Shown here: positions 40,524-50,627 of the stretch, in pieces
How positions within the stretch are numbered: position 1 is the stretch's first letter
How the letters are laid out: every line of letters starts with the position of its first letter
Assembly (NCBI GenBank): GCA_013166835.1
Contig: JABLTI010000003.1
Location: 1-64,000 of the forward strand
Source of the DNA: Promethearchaeati archaeon
GTDB taxonomy: Archaea; Asgardarchaeota; Heimdallarchaeia; JABLTI01
Length of the DNA: 64,000 bases
Reading direction: 5' to 3'
Notes under the pieces: model-generated
What the model was told of the DNA's origin: nothing
Seen by the model: only the letters and a program-made list of their open reading frames with translations
Database searches by the model: none
Made by a program: the position numbers and the translations under genes

Positions 40524-40662
40524 CCTCCTATCATCATTGTAATCCGAAGTTTCGAGTCCAACAAGTTACATGAACTTGTTTGTCAAACTTACTGGATCTG
40601 ATGTTTGAATGAGGTTTCTCACGTATCTGAGATACTATTCTGTGGTAAGCTTCCTCTTAAAT
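40524..40662 (-). promoter_or_regulatory. uvrA 5' region with GGAGG RBS and three tandem inverted repeats
   Basis: AACAAGTT-N5-AACTTGTT (40560-40580), TCAAAC-N14-GTTTGA (40583-40608), TCTCA-N6-TGAGA (40617-40632). Confidence 0.5.
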
Positions 40663-40714
40663 ATCTTATCATTACCCTTGTTATACCACTTAAAATACAA
40701 AAAAAGTAAAAAAT

Positions 40715-42892
40715 CTAGTCTTCAGGCATAAAAACTTGATTCGCTAGTTCTTCTATCAACTCATTCTCTGTTTTTCCAAGTTCTACACCGAGATTATCTA
40801 TTAATGCTTGCCAAATTGATGTGGATTTCTTGATTTCTTTGATAATGGTATCCAGTTTTTGAATTGCTGTAAATGATTGACCTTTGAAGACATAACAAAA
40901 CAGCAGTGGATGTTCTACTTTTAGAAGTAAGGTGTATTCTTGATGTTGGATCCTTTCTATAGATCCCCTAGTAGCAAAAGCTTGGTGCATAAAAGCATCA
41001 ATAGCTGTTAGGAATCCTCCTACAAACATTTCATCAATCATTTCTTTCTGAGAGAACTTTTGTGAATAAACAGTAACTCCTCCCTCGTAAACAATAATTA
41101 ATAGAACTGGCTCTTCTGGTAGCAATTTGGGTATATCAACTGAACGCTTATCAATCATTCGAATAACGTCACCATTTAGTTCCTCTGTTTCTTGTTCAAG
41201 GTTAATGATTTCTCTCTTGACTGGTTGAGTTTCTGCTTTTTGTTGGTGATTTTTGATTATATCAATTGCTCGAGAGACTTTCATTCCAAGCCTTCGTAAA
41301 CCTTTTTCCTTAGTTATTTGTTCTGCTTGATCCATGAGTAATTTTGCTTCAGGAAGCTTCTGTTGTATTAAGGAAACATTTGCTTTTAACCAGAAGTTTT
41401 CAGCGAACATTGTGTGTGATTCAATTAACTCAGCGAATTCAAAGTGTTTCTCAATCATGGCATCAATATTATTCATATCATCAAAATTATTACTTAGATG
41501 CATTTGCTTCAAGTATAATTCACTAAGATTGAACAAAGCAATTGATGATAATCCGACATCTATTATTTCCCCAGAAACAATTTCATTGAAGATGTTTCTG
41601 GCTTTTCGTAAAATATCTAAATTATTGCTTTTCTTAAGAATGAGAGCAGAAGCAAGGCGGTATTTTAGATTACTAATAAGATTATTCTGTTTCTCAATAA
41701 TCTTTTGCATCTTCTTCAAGTGATCTTGTGCTTGTTCTAGTGTATTGTTCTCAATATTAACCAGGATTAACCAGAATAAGGCACTAGCTAGTTCCTTCTT
41801 ATTTTTCTGATCCTCTCGTAATTCCTTGCATTTTATTAATTGCTCAATGGCTTGTTCGTATTCTCCTCTTTGATAGAGGATCATGCCCAATGTTTCTAAA
41901 ATATCATCTATCCCTAGATTTGATTCAAGAGTTTGAAGTATTTCTTGCCCTTGAGTAAGGTAATTGGTTGCTTGATTTAATTCTCCCTTTAAAAACAAAA
42001 CATAGCTTAAAACATTTAATGTCTCTGAGATACCAATCTTATCATTGATTTCCTCTCTAATCGAAAGACATCGTTCTAAACTCTTTATTGAACGATCAAA
42101 TTCCCCGAGATGATTGTAGATTAGACTTTTACTGAATAAAGCATTGGCTATTAAGTCATTATTATTAATCTCTTCACTTAAAGCTAAACTTTGCAAACAA
42201 TGCTCTAATGCAGGTCCAAAATCTCCTTTCCAGAGGTAAATATTACAAATATTATTTAGAATATCTGCTTCTGCAGCATCGTTTTCAATCTCTCTTGCAA
42301 TACTCAGACTTTGCTGGAAAATGAGTAAAGCTCGAACAATATCACCCATTTTGAAATAAACTCGAGCAATAGCATTATTTGAACTTACTAAACCCTGCCT
42401 ATCATCCAATTCTCTTCTTAATGATAAACTCTGTAAATAACTATCAAGTGAATTTTTTAAATCCTCTTCAACCTCAAAAATGAAGCCTTTCTCATAGTTT
42501 AAAGTCGCTTTTCTAATAAAAAGGATGTTTGGATCGCTTTTCTTTAGTTTCTCAAGAACTCTCTCACCTAATTTAATATAGGCAAGACTTTTGCCAAATT
42601 CTCCTAAATGAGATAAAGCCACTGCTTTGGCTATAATAGCATCAAGCATTTGCAGAGAGTCTTCCAATTTCTGACTATTATTCAAAATGTCCTCTGATAA
42701 TTTCAATGCTTGCTCATACTTTCCAGTTTCATTATAGATTTCAACTTCAAGTAATTGGAACCTTAATCGTTCAGGTGTTCGCATTTGGTTGTTAGAACTT
42801 ATAACACCAAGTTCATGGAGAGCAGTATCAAATTTCCCTTCAGAAATTAAATCCTTAATAAAAGTGAATTTTTCTGATTGGTCAGGAAACAT
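40715..42892 (-). CDS. TPR protein with C-terminal longin-like domain
   Basis: Many TPRs, then EEPVLLIIVYEGGVTVYS...GGFLTAIDAF...IERI....YTLL....LLFCYVFKG. Confidence 0.8.
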   Translation of the reverse strand: MFPDQSEKFTFIKDLISEGKFDTALHELGVISSNNQMRTPERLRFQLLEVEIYNETGKYEQALKLSEDILNNSQKLEDSLQMLDAIIAKAVALSHLGEFGKSLAYIKLGERVLEKLKKSDPNILFIRKATLNYEKGFIFEVEEDLKNSLDSYLQSLSLRRELDDRQGLVSSNNAIARVYFKMGDIVRALLIFQQSLSIAREIENDAAEADILNNICNIYLWKGDFGPALEHCLQSLALSEEINNNDLIANALFSKSLIYNHLGEFDRSIKSLERCLSIREEINDKIGISETLNVLSYVLFLKGELNQATNYLTQGQEILQTLESNLGIDDILETLGMILYQRGEYEQAIEQLIKCKELREDQKNKKELASALFWLILVNIENNTLEQAQDHLKKMQKIIEKQNNLISNLKYRLASALILKKSNNLDILRKARNIFNEIVSGEIIDVGLSSIALFNLSELYLKQMHLSNNFDDMNNIDAMIEKHFEFAELIESHTMFAENFWLKANVSLIQQKLPEAKLLMDQAEQITKEKGLRRLGMKVSRAIDIIKNHQQKAETQPVKREIINLEQETEELNGDVIRMIDKRSVDIPKLLPEEPVLLIIVYEGGVTVYSQKFSQKEMIDEMFVGGFLTAIDAFMHQAFATRGSIERIQHQEYTLLLKVEHPLLFCYVFKGQSFTAIQKLDTIIKEIKKSTSIWQALIDNLGVELGKTENELIEELANQVFMPED

Positions 42893-43010
42893 GGTTTTAC
42901 CAGCTTTAGTTAACTCTAGACATATAATCTTACTAATGTTGTATTAAAATATTAATGAAGAGGAATATAATCTTTCGTTTGAGGTAAAAAGAAAATAAAA
43001 AGAGACCCGA

Positions 43011-44834
43011 TTACAGGGATCTCTTGAAGAAATCAGTCATAGCTCGAATGCTTTTCTTTCTGGTTGCAATGTCACCAAATCCTCCATGACCGACTTCACC
43101 GTACTCAATATATTCGAAGTCTTTCCCTTCCTCTTTTCCTAATTCCAACAATTTATCTCTGAAAATACGAGCTTGAGATATTGGGCATCTAGGATCATTG
43201 ATACCATGCAAGATAAGTAATTTAGCAGTCATTTTATCTGCGAAATTAACTGCACTGCGATCATACCAAAGATCTCTATCTTCAATTGGACTACCCATTT
43301 GTTTTTGTAGGAAGTATTTGTAGTGAGGCATTGATTCATCAAACATTGAGAGCAAATCGCTTATACCAATCCAAGCAAAACCTGCTTTCCAATGTTCTGG
43401 TTCTTTTGTGACTGCTAAGAAAGTCATGAATCCTCCATATGAACCTCCACCAACACCAATTCTATCTGGGTCTACATATGAAAGAGTTTTAAGATATTCT
43501 GCTGCATAAACAGCATCTTTGAGATCTTTTCCACCCCAATCTTTTATGCAAGCATCTCTGAATTCCACACCGTATCCTGTGCTTCCACGAACATTTGGTA
43601 GAATTACTACGAAACCTTCTGAAGCAACGTATTGCATAAAGGCATTGAACATCCTAAAATATTGACCGGTTGGGCCGCCGTGAATGTTCACAATAGCGGG
43701 TAATTTTACTCCTTCTGGAACATCTTTTGGTTTGTAGACAATAGCTGGAATCTCTAGACCATCAAATGATTTGTATTTAATGTATTCTGGTTCACAAAAC
43801 ATACTTTTGTCAATGGAACCATATTCTGCTTTCATAAGTACTTCATATTTATCAGTAGACAAATCATAGAGCCAGACTTCTGGTCGAGTTAAATTACTTG
43901 AATAGAAGAAAATGATGTTTGTACAATCAATCCATTGAACACCAAATGCTAGTCCTTCAGGTATTTTAAGTTCCTTCTTTTCTCCTGTTTCTACATTATA
44001 AATAATAGGTTTAATTGCAGACTCAAGGTTTTCGAGGACAGCTAGTTGTGATCCATCTGGACAGAATTTTCCAACATACTCGATATCATTGCCTTCACTT
44101 AGCCACTTAATTTCTTCAGTCTCAAGATTGAAAATACCTACTCTTTCAACACCAGAAGCATCTGATTGAAAAGCGAAACTCTTACTATCAGGAGCCCAAT
44201 CACCAAAATCATCATGAGATCCTTCCTCAGTAATTCTTATTACTCGTTTCATATCACCAGTTTCATTATTATAGAGATAAACATCATCATTTTCTAGATT
44301 TGTTTTCATCTCATTGGTACCCATTGCGATCCATTTATCATCTGGACTCCATGAACCACCCATTACCGGCACATCTGAAGCAGAAAGTTGAGTATCTTCA
44401 GAACCATCTAGTTTCATTTTATGAATATTCATCTGACCAGATTTTGTGCTCATAAAAGTAATCCATTCATTGTCATGACTCACAGCTCCAACGTGTTCTT
44501 GGACTTTAGGAGTCTCTGTAAGAGCTTTTGTCTTACCTGTTAGATCTATTGACCAAACATCATTTTGTTCATTTCCACCTGTATCTTTTCCAAAGAAAAT
44601 TTTTTCAGCTTTTCTATCCCAAGCAAAGCCAGTACGAGGTGCTCTTGGAATTTCTCCATTTGATATTTGCTCGATCTTTTTTGTTTCTAGATCCATAACA
44701 TAAAGCTCAATCTTCCCTGTCTCATCGTAATAAAAAGCAAGCTTCTTTTTATCATAAGATAAATTTGGTAAACTGAAAGAAGGGAGACTCATCAATTCAT
44801 CAAAAGGTAGAGGTTTAGGTTTATATTCTTTCAT
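43011..44834 (-). CDS. S9 family (acylaminoacyl/prolyl oligo-) peptidase
   Basis: Beta-propeller, then HGGP, NVRGSTGYG, GGSYGG, D.RC and GHG catalytic triad. Confidence 0.93.
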   Translation of the reverse strand: MKEYKPKPLPFDELMSLPSFSLPNLSYDKKKLAFYYDETGKIELYVMDLETKKIEQISNGEIPRAPRTGFAWDRKAEKIFFGKDTGGNEQNDVWSIDLTGKTKALTETPKVQEHVGAVSHDNEWITFMSTKSGQMNIHKMKLDGSEDTQLSASDVPVMGGSWSPDDKWIAMGTNEMKTNLENDDVYLYNNETGDMKRVIRITEEGSHDDFGDWAPDSKSFAFQSDASGVERVGIFNLETEEIKWLSEGNDIEYVGKFCPDGSQLAVLENLESAIKPIIYNVETGEKKELKIPEGLAFGVQWIDCTNIIFFYSSNLTRPEVWLYDLSTDKYEVLMKAEYGSIDKSMFCEPEYIKYKSFDGLEIPAIVYKPKDVPEGVKLPAIVNIHGGPTGQYFRMFNAFMQYVASEGFVVILPNVRGSTGYGVEFRDACIKDWGGKDLKDAVYAAEYLKTLSYVDPDRIGVGGGSYGGFMTFLAVTKEPEHWKAGFAWIGISDLLSMFDESMPHYKYFLQKQMGSPIEDRDLWYDRSAVNFADKMTAKLLILHGINDPRCPISQARIFRDKLLELGKEEGKDFEYIEYGEVGHGGFGDIATRKKSIRAMTDFFKRSL

Positions 44835-45007
44835 GATAGAGAAGATAATTTATTGGTATTAATTAAAGCTTCGTAGAGTTAAATAAAAAATGCTGGTAAA
44901 CTAAAATAATAGAGTAAGCGATTCTTATTTAAATAGGAATTACCTTTTTCCTTGAAAGGCAATATACTCAAATAATTAAATAAAATACTAAGAATTGTTT
45001 AATTTAA

Positions 45008-47875
45008 GTGGTTACAATGGCAATAGGATTCTATTTTGGCTCTGCTTTCAGGAATATTTGGAACAATAAGAAACAGTCCTTTGTTTTTCTTATAGGCATC
45101 ACTATTTCTCTGACTATTATATTTTCCCTTAGTTCATGGTCCACAACCGCTTCTACACTAGCAATAAGGGATTTTGCCAAAGATCAAGATTATGAGTTAA
45201 GAGTACGCTCATATATTCCTCAAAATTTACCAATCATTCAGAATTGGTTGGATGATCAACCAATAGTTGAATCCACTGCTCGATTATATCATAATCTTGC
45301 TTTCTTTAATGCTGAAAACAAGAATCCCTTCTACCGTTTTTGGCCACTTGATGATCAAGAAAACAATGCAAACCCAGTTACTTTAACAACGTTATTTCTC
45401 TTTCCAAATCAAAGCATTGAAAGGATTTCTAAGCAGTTTGAGGTGGAAGGCGAGTTTGATTTAGGATTAAATGATGTTTTGATTAGTAGATACCACGCTG
45501 AACAAATGAAGTATTATCTGAACGTCACTGTTGTTCCAGGCATGACTGTAAATCTCACAGTGTGTAGACAAAGTGTTGATTTTGGAGCATTCTTGTTCCA
45601 ATATGAACCAATTAATTTCTACAATATCACAATTAGAGGTATCTATGATAGCTTAAGCTCTATTACCATGTTACAACGTACTTTTTCTCAAGATCAGATT
45701 CAAGATTCAATAATTTTCCTTAAAGAGAATATGTTAGAGGGAGATATTGATAGGATGGAAGCTAATGGTCTTACACCTATTTTAGTTGCTAAATGTAAAG
45801 CTGATGCATTAGCAAGTGAAGGGATTAATGGTATTAATGCAAAACTAGAACAATTATCAGATTTTCTTCTAATTGAACACCCAACATCATTACCTTTTAT
45901 ACTTAATACACCTTATGATAATTTATTACAAGTTTACAGTAGAGCAAGTTCACTGTTGGTAGTATTAGTGCCTGTGATTCTTTTAGGTATAATTCAGGCA
46001 ATATTTACAACAAATATAATTCTTGAGAACAGGAAAATAGAAATTGAAATTTATCAAGAGAAAGGAGGTCAGAAATGGCAAATTATTGGTTCAATTATGC
46101 TTGAATTTACCATACTTTCAGTTATTGCAATTGCTTTTTCAAATATCCTTTCGTTAATTGTAGCATCGTTAATACCGGCTATAGCTTCCCAAGAATTAAC
46201 TTTATCTTCTTTTGCTGACTTCTTTATGAATATTGAATTTTCTTATGTAATAGCATCAATATCTTCTGTTGTTGCTTTAATCGTAGTTTCACTTTTTGTT
46301 ATATTAAAAGTGAATCAAATATTACGTTCTGATATTTCTGAGAGAGATGTTGTCTTTAGGGGGAAATTACAGAAACTCATTACATTAATTACTCTATCAG
46401 TATTAACAGGAGCATCAATAGTTCTATTCATTGTTTTTTCGTTTCTCTATAGTAGAAACTTTAGTGGCATCTATACTTTTACTGTAGAGCACACACAAAG
46501 AAGTGCACTATTATTCATTACTCTATCCATTGCAATACTTCTAATTACAGTTCTGTTATCAATTGGTTTATTTGCATTACTTGGTAGACTGAAGGCTCTC
46601 TATAATAAAGTGCTCCGGAAAAACAGTTTCTTCTTAGTTAACTATTTTAGAAATTCAAAATACAAATTGAACACAGTAATGATTGTTTTACTTATAATGA
46701 CAAGTTCAATGTTTTTTGCATTAACACTAATAAGTACAATGCAAAAATCAGATGCTGAGGTTAATTATTATAATAATGGTGCTGATTTGAGAATCATTAC
46801 AAAAAATGTTCACCACTCTTTTGAAGACAATCTTACACAAATTGAAGGTATAAATGAAACCATGAGTGTTATGAAAACTAGTGGTAAGTATGGTTCTGAT
46901 ACATTTTTTACAATATATGGAATCGATCCCATAAAATATAGTAAAATAGGTAGATGGATAGAAAGTAGTTTCTATACTGTAGATGCACCTGAAAATTACA
47001 ATGCTTCTAAATATGAAGACTGGTTAGAAATTCTTGATGCAAATGGAAATGGTACAATAGTCAGCGATGTGTTAATTGAATTTAGTCCAAGTTTAACATA
47101 TGGTAGGATCATACAAGTTAACTCAATACCTATTGAAGCTACTCTAGGAAATGATTTCTTTAATATTACTGGGATTATTCATTCCGCACCAGGTCTTGGA
47201 TTGTCATCAGGTATAAATCTGGATTTAGATCAACCAAATGATTATTACATGATTATAAATGAGGAAAAAATCTATAATGAATATGGAATTGTATCAACGA
47301 ATTTGTTCTTTGCCAACCTAGATCAAGGAGCAAATATTGAACAAGTAATTGCTGACTTGCTAGAGCTAGATGAAGTAATTGAAGTAAATCCAGACCTACT
47401 TAGTGAAGGATTTACAGAGCGATATGTTAACAAATATGTACCTTCACTACGAGTATTTTTAATGACACAAATAGTTTTCACTGGGATTATAGGATTACTT
47501 GTAATTGTATCAAATATTGATTACGTTATGAATCAAAGAAAACAAGAAACTGCAATCCTAACAGCTTTAGGAAATACAAATGCAAATTACATAAGAATGA
47601 CTGTCTCAGAATTATCTATTATAGTTGTAGTAACAATTATTGCAGGATTAATTATTGCACTACCTTTGACATTGTTGACAACAGCTGTAATAGTACCATT
47701 TTTAACGGATATTTTGATTATTCCATATAGTTTTAGTGTTAACTACCTAGTAATTGGAGTAATTATTGTAGCATTATTTATTTTAGCGTTTCTAGGGGCT
47801 ATACCAACTCTCATAAGAACTAGTAGACAAAAAACAGCAGAAGCAATTAGAGACGAAACCTCAGGAGCTTATTAG
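45008..47875 (+). CDS. FtsX/MacB-type ABC transporter permease (two permease domains)
   Basis: NRKIEIEIY..KGG and QRKQETAIL.ALG motifs; two large extracytoplasmic loops. Confidence 0.82.
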   Translation: MVTMAIGFYFGSAFRNIWNNKKQSFVFLIGITISLTIIFSLSSWSTTASTLAIRDFAKDQDYELRVRSYIPQNLPIIQNWLDDQPIVESTARLYHNLAFFNAENKNPFYRFWPLDDQENNANPVTLTTLFLFPNQSIERISKQFEVEGEFDLGLNDVLISRYHAEQMKYYLNVTVVPGMTVNLTVCRQSVDFGAFLFQYEPINFYNITIRGIYDSLSSITMLQRTFSQDQIQDSIIFLKENMLEGDIDRMEANGLTPILVAKCKADALASEGINGINAKLEQLSDFLLIEHPTSLPFILNTPYDNLLQVYSRASSLLVVLVPVILLGIIQAIFTTNIILENRKIEIEIYQEKGGQKWQIIGSIMLEFTILSVIAIAFSNILSLIVASLIPAIASQELTLSSFADFFMNIEFSYVIASISSVVALIVVSLFVILKVNQILRSDISERDVVFRGKLQKLITLITLSVLTGASIVLFIVFSFLYSRNFSGIYTFTVEHTQRSALLFITLSIAILLITVLLSIGLFALLGRLKALYNKVLRKNSFFLVNYFRNSKYKLNTVMIVLLIMTSSMFFALTLISTMQKSDAEVNYYNNGADLRIITKNVHHSFEDNLTQIEGINETMSVMKTSGKYGSDTFFTIYGIDPIKYSKIGRWIESSFYTVDAPENYNASKYEDWLEILDANGNGTIVSDVLIEFSPSLTYGRIIQVNSIPIEATLGNDFFNITGIIHSAPGLGLSSGINLDLDQPNDYYMIINEEKIYNEYGIVSTNLFFANLDQGANIEQVIADLLELDEVIEVNPDLLSEGFTERYVNKYVPSLRVFLMTQIVFTGIIGLLVIVSNIDYVMNQRKQETAILTALGNTNANYIRMTVSELSIIVVVTIIAGLIIALPLTLLTTAVIVPFLTDILIIPYSFSVNYLVIGVIIVALFILAFLGAIPTLIRTSRQKTAEAIRDETSGAY

Positions 47876-47938
47876 TTTCTGATTATCTGAGGTTTTTTGA
47901 GCAGTATCTTTTTATTTTGTTAAATTTACTACAATTTT

Positions 47939-48775
47939 ATGTCATCTATTTCCAACGATTTTACAGATTATTTTGGGACTTGGGCTTTAATAGCTGGGGC
48001 TTCTGAGGGTCTTGGTGAAGCTTTTGCTCGAGAGATTGCAAAAAAGGGCATTAATATTATTCTGGTAGCAAGACGAAAAGATCTATTAGAGAAATTACGT
48101 TCTGAAATCTCTCGTGATTATCAAGTAGAAACAAAAGCAATTCAATTAGATTTAGCCTCTGCTGATATGCTAGATAGGATTAAAGCAGAGACTGAAAATC
48201 TTGAAATTGGATTAGTTGTTTACAATGCTGCTTCAAGTCCCATTGGATTATTTTTTCATTTCAATTTAGAGCAGCAATTCAAAGTCATTGACATTAATGT
48301 CAAAGGACCTATGATTTTTACCCATCACTTTGGTAAACTAATGAAAAACCGAGGTAAAGGTGGAATCATTCTTCTCTCTTCCCTTGCAGGATTACAAGGA
48401 GACCCCTATCATGCTCATTATAGTGCTACAAGAGGATATACTATGAATCTCGCTGAAGCACTCTGGTATGAATTGAAAAAATACGGAGTTCATGTTATGA
48501 CCTGTGCTGCAGGTGCAACCAAAACCCCGAATTATGTTTCTTCCAAACCAAAAAGATCGGGTCTCATAAATCCAAGACCAATGGACCCAAATAAAGTGGC
48601 TAAAGGATCACTAAAAAGCTTAAGAAGAAACAAACCATATCATTATCCGGGATTTAGTAATAAATTCAATGCTTTTATACTTAGACATTTGTTAAGCCGA
48701 AAAGCTGCTATCAAATTCTTGGGAAATATCGCTAGTAAAATGTATGGTGAAGATAAGAATCATGTGAATAAGTAG
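47939..48775 (+). CDS. Short-chain dehydrogenase/reductase (17beta-HSD/KAR-like)
   Basis: WALIAGASEGLG, VYNAA, LSS, YSATR (YxxxK with K replaced by R). Confidence 0.9.
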   Translation: MSSISNDFTDYFGTWALIAGASEGLGEAFAREIAKKGINIILVARRKDLLEKLRSEISRDYQVETKAIQLDLASADMLDRIKAETENLEIGLVVYNAASSPIGLFFHFNLEQQFKVIDINVKGPMIFTHHFGKLMKNRGKGGIILLSSLAGLQGDPYHAHYSATRGYTMNLAEALWYELKKYGVHVMTCAAGATKTPNYVSSKPKRSGLINPRPMDPNKVAKGSLKSLRRNKPYHYPGFSNKFNAFILRHLLSRKAAIKFLGNIASKMYGEDKNHVNK

Positions 48776-48790
48776 TAGCAAAATACTACT
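48771..48790 (+). terminator. Small hairpin overlapping the SDR stop
   Basis: AGTAGTA-GCAAAA-TACTACT followed by TTT. Confidence 0.35.
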
Positions 48791-48834
48791 TTACTAATGT
48801 AAAAACTCATAAAAGTACAAACAATAGATATTGC

Positions 48835-50076
48835 ATGATCGAGATATCTAAAGAACAAGCTCAACAATTCATTCTCCACAAACAAGGGTTAACAACTGAT
48901 TTTTCATCTTTGTCTCTTTTAGACATTATTAAAAAAATACACAATTTACAAATTGATACCAATTCTGTTGTAGCTCGTGCTCAAGATTTAACTTTATTCA
49001 ATAGAAAATCTGATTATCAAGAAGGAAAAGTTTGGAAGTTACTTGAAGAGAAAATACTCTTTGAGTTTTGGTCTCATGGTATTTGTTTAATGCCATTTGA
49101 AGAATATCCATTTTATGCCTGGAAAATGGAATATAAAAAAGAAAATCCAGCCAATTGGTGGAGAAAATGGGCGCCAGAAAATAAGGAAGTAATAAAAGAA
49201 GTATACAATTACGTAAAAAAGAATGGTCCAACGCGTAGTGCTGATTTCAAGAGACATGAAACTAAGAAAAGTGAAGGATGGTGGGATTGGAAAAAAGAGA
49301 AATTAGCTTTAGAATTATTATATGATCAAGGAAAACTGCTGATTACATATAGAAAGAACTTCCAGAAATATTATGATCTTAGTGAAAGAGTACTACCTTC
49401 AGGTATAAACACAGATCCTCTAGCAAAAGAAGAATTAGCTGATTATTTAATACAAACAATTTTTTCTTCTCTCGGATTAGCTAGTATAGAAGAATTACGT
49501 CATTACATTGGAATGGCTGTCTTTAGACATTTATGGAAAAACAATAGGAAATCTGTAATGAATTTTCTTCAAAATGAGGTAGAAGAAGACAAACTTGTTG
49601 AAATTAAAATTGATAACCTAGAAACAAAACATTTCATCTTGAAAGAAAATGAAAATGAATTAAGTAAGTTAAATTACAATTTTAATCAAAACACCCCTAT
49701 GAAGTTTCTTACACCTTTTGATAATGCAATACGAGATAGGGATTTACCTTTACGTTTATGGGATTTCGATTATAAAATAGAATGTTACACACCTACTCCT
49801 CAAAGAGTATATGGTTACTTTACACTGCCAATACTTGATAGTCATTCATTTATAGGAAGAACAGATTTGAAAGCACATCGAAAAGAAGGCATTCTAGAAA
49901 TAAAATCCTTGCATTTTGAGAAATGGTATAAACCTACAGAAAAATCATACGAACGATTAACATCTGGTTTGAATAAATTCGCTGACTTTCATAATTGCAA
50001 TGAAATCCGTATAAATGAAACCATTCCCACAAAAATACAAAAGTCAATCTCAACTTTGTTGAATTCTATGTCCTAA
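48835..50076 (+). CDS. YcaQ-like (HTH_42) DNA interstrand-crosslink glycosylase
   Basis: LQID..SVVAR (QxD), FE.WSH, WWDWK..K, LTPFD, YKIECY.P...R.YGYF. Confidence 0.88.
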   Translation: MIEISKEQAQQFILHKQGLTTDFSSLSLLDIIKKIHNLQIDTNSVVARAQDLTLFNRKSDYQEGKVWKLLEEKILFEFWSHGICLMPFEEYPFYAWKMEYKKENPANWWRKWAPENKEVIKEVYNYVKKNGPTRSADFKRHETKKSEGWWDWKKEKLALELLYDQGKLLITYRKNFQKYYDLSERVLPSGINTDPLAKEELADYLIQTIFSSLGLASIEELRHYIGMAVFRHLWKNNRKSVMNFLQNEVEEDKLVEIKIDNLETKHFILKENENELSKLNYNFNQNTPMKFLTPFDNAIRDRDLPLRLWDFDYKIECYTPTPQRVYGYFTLPILDSHSFIGRTDLKAHRKEGILEIKSLHFEKWYKPTEKSYERLTSGLNKFADFHNCNEIRINETIPTKIQKSISTLLNSMS

Positions 50077-50107
50077 TTACTCCTTTTTGTTTCTTCGAAA
50101 AAACCTT

Positions 50108-50143
50108 AAATAGTCTTATATGGGACTATTTTATATAGGACTA
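50108..50143. promoter_or_regulatory. Palindromic operator, probably for the downstream MarR regulator
   Basis: AAATAGTC-N8-GACTATTT, plus TTATATRGGACTA repeated at a 15-bp offset; about 20-55 bp upstream of the operon start. Confidence 0.6.
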
Positions 50144-50162
50144 ATACATGAGGAATTGAAAA

Positions 50163-50627
50163 ATGAATGAAGAAGAGATAAAGAAATTTGCAAAAGAACT
50201 GATGCTTAAAGCGCAACCAGCATATTTAGCAACAATAGATGGAAATGGAGAACCTCAAATACGAGCAGTAGAAAATATTCGTAATCCAGAGAAATTTCCA
50301 CATGATGCAAAAATATTGCAAGAATATGATAACAGTTTAACACCCTATATTTCAACAAATACTTCATCAGATAAAATCAAACAAATACTTGAAAATAATT
50401 CAGCAGCAATGCATTTCTGTTCACCAGATGAATACAAAGGAATAATGATGCAAGGAATAATTGAAATTGTAAATGATCCTGAATTAAAGAAACGTATTTG
50501 GCATGAAGGAATGCGCCAATATTATCCTAAAGGTCATACTGATCCGGATTTTACTATGCTTCGAATGAGACCAAAATTTATGAAAGCATGGTATAAAGGT
50601 AAACATGAACTAACTTTAAGTGATTGA
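50163..50627 (+). CDS. Pyridoxamine 5'-phosphate oxidase-like (general stress, FMN split-barrel) protein
   Basis: LATID..G.P..R, STNTSS.KI.QI, IW......YYP.G..DPD. Confidence 0.85.
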   Translation: MNEEEIKKFAKELMLKAQPAYLATIDGNGEPQIRAVENIRNPEKFPHDAKILQEYDNSLTPYISTNTSSDKIKQILENNSAAMHFCSPDEYKGIMMQGIIEIVNDPELKKRIWHEGMRQYYPKGHTDPDFTMLRMRPKFMKAWYKGKHELTLSD

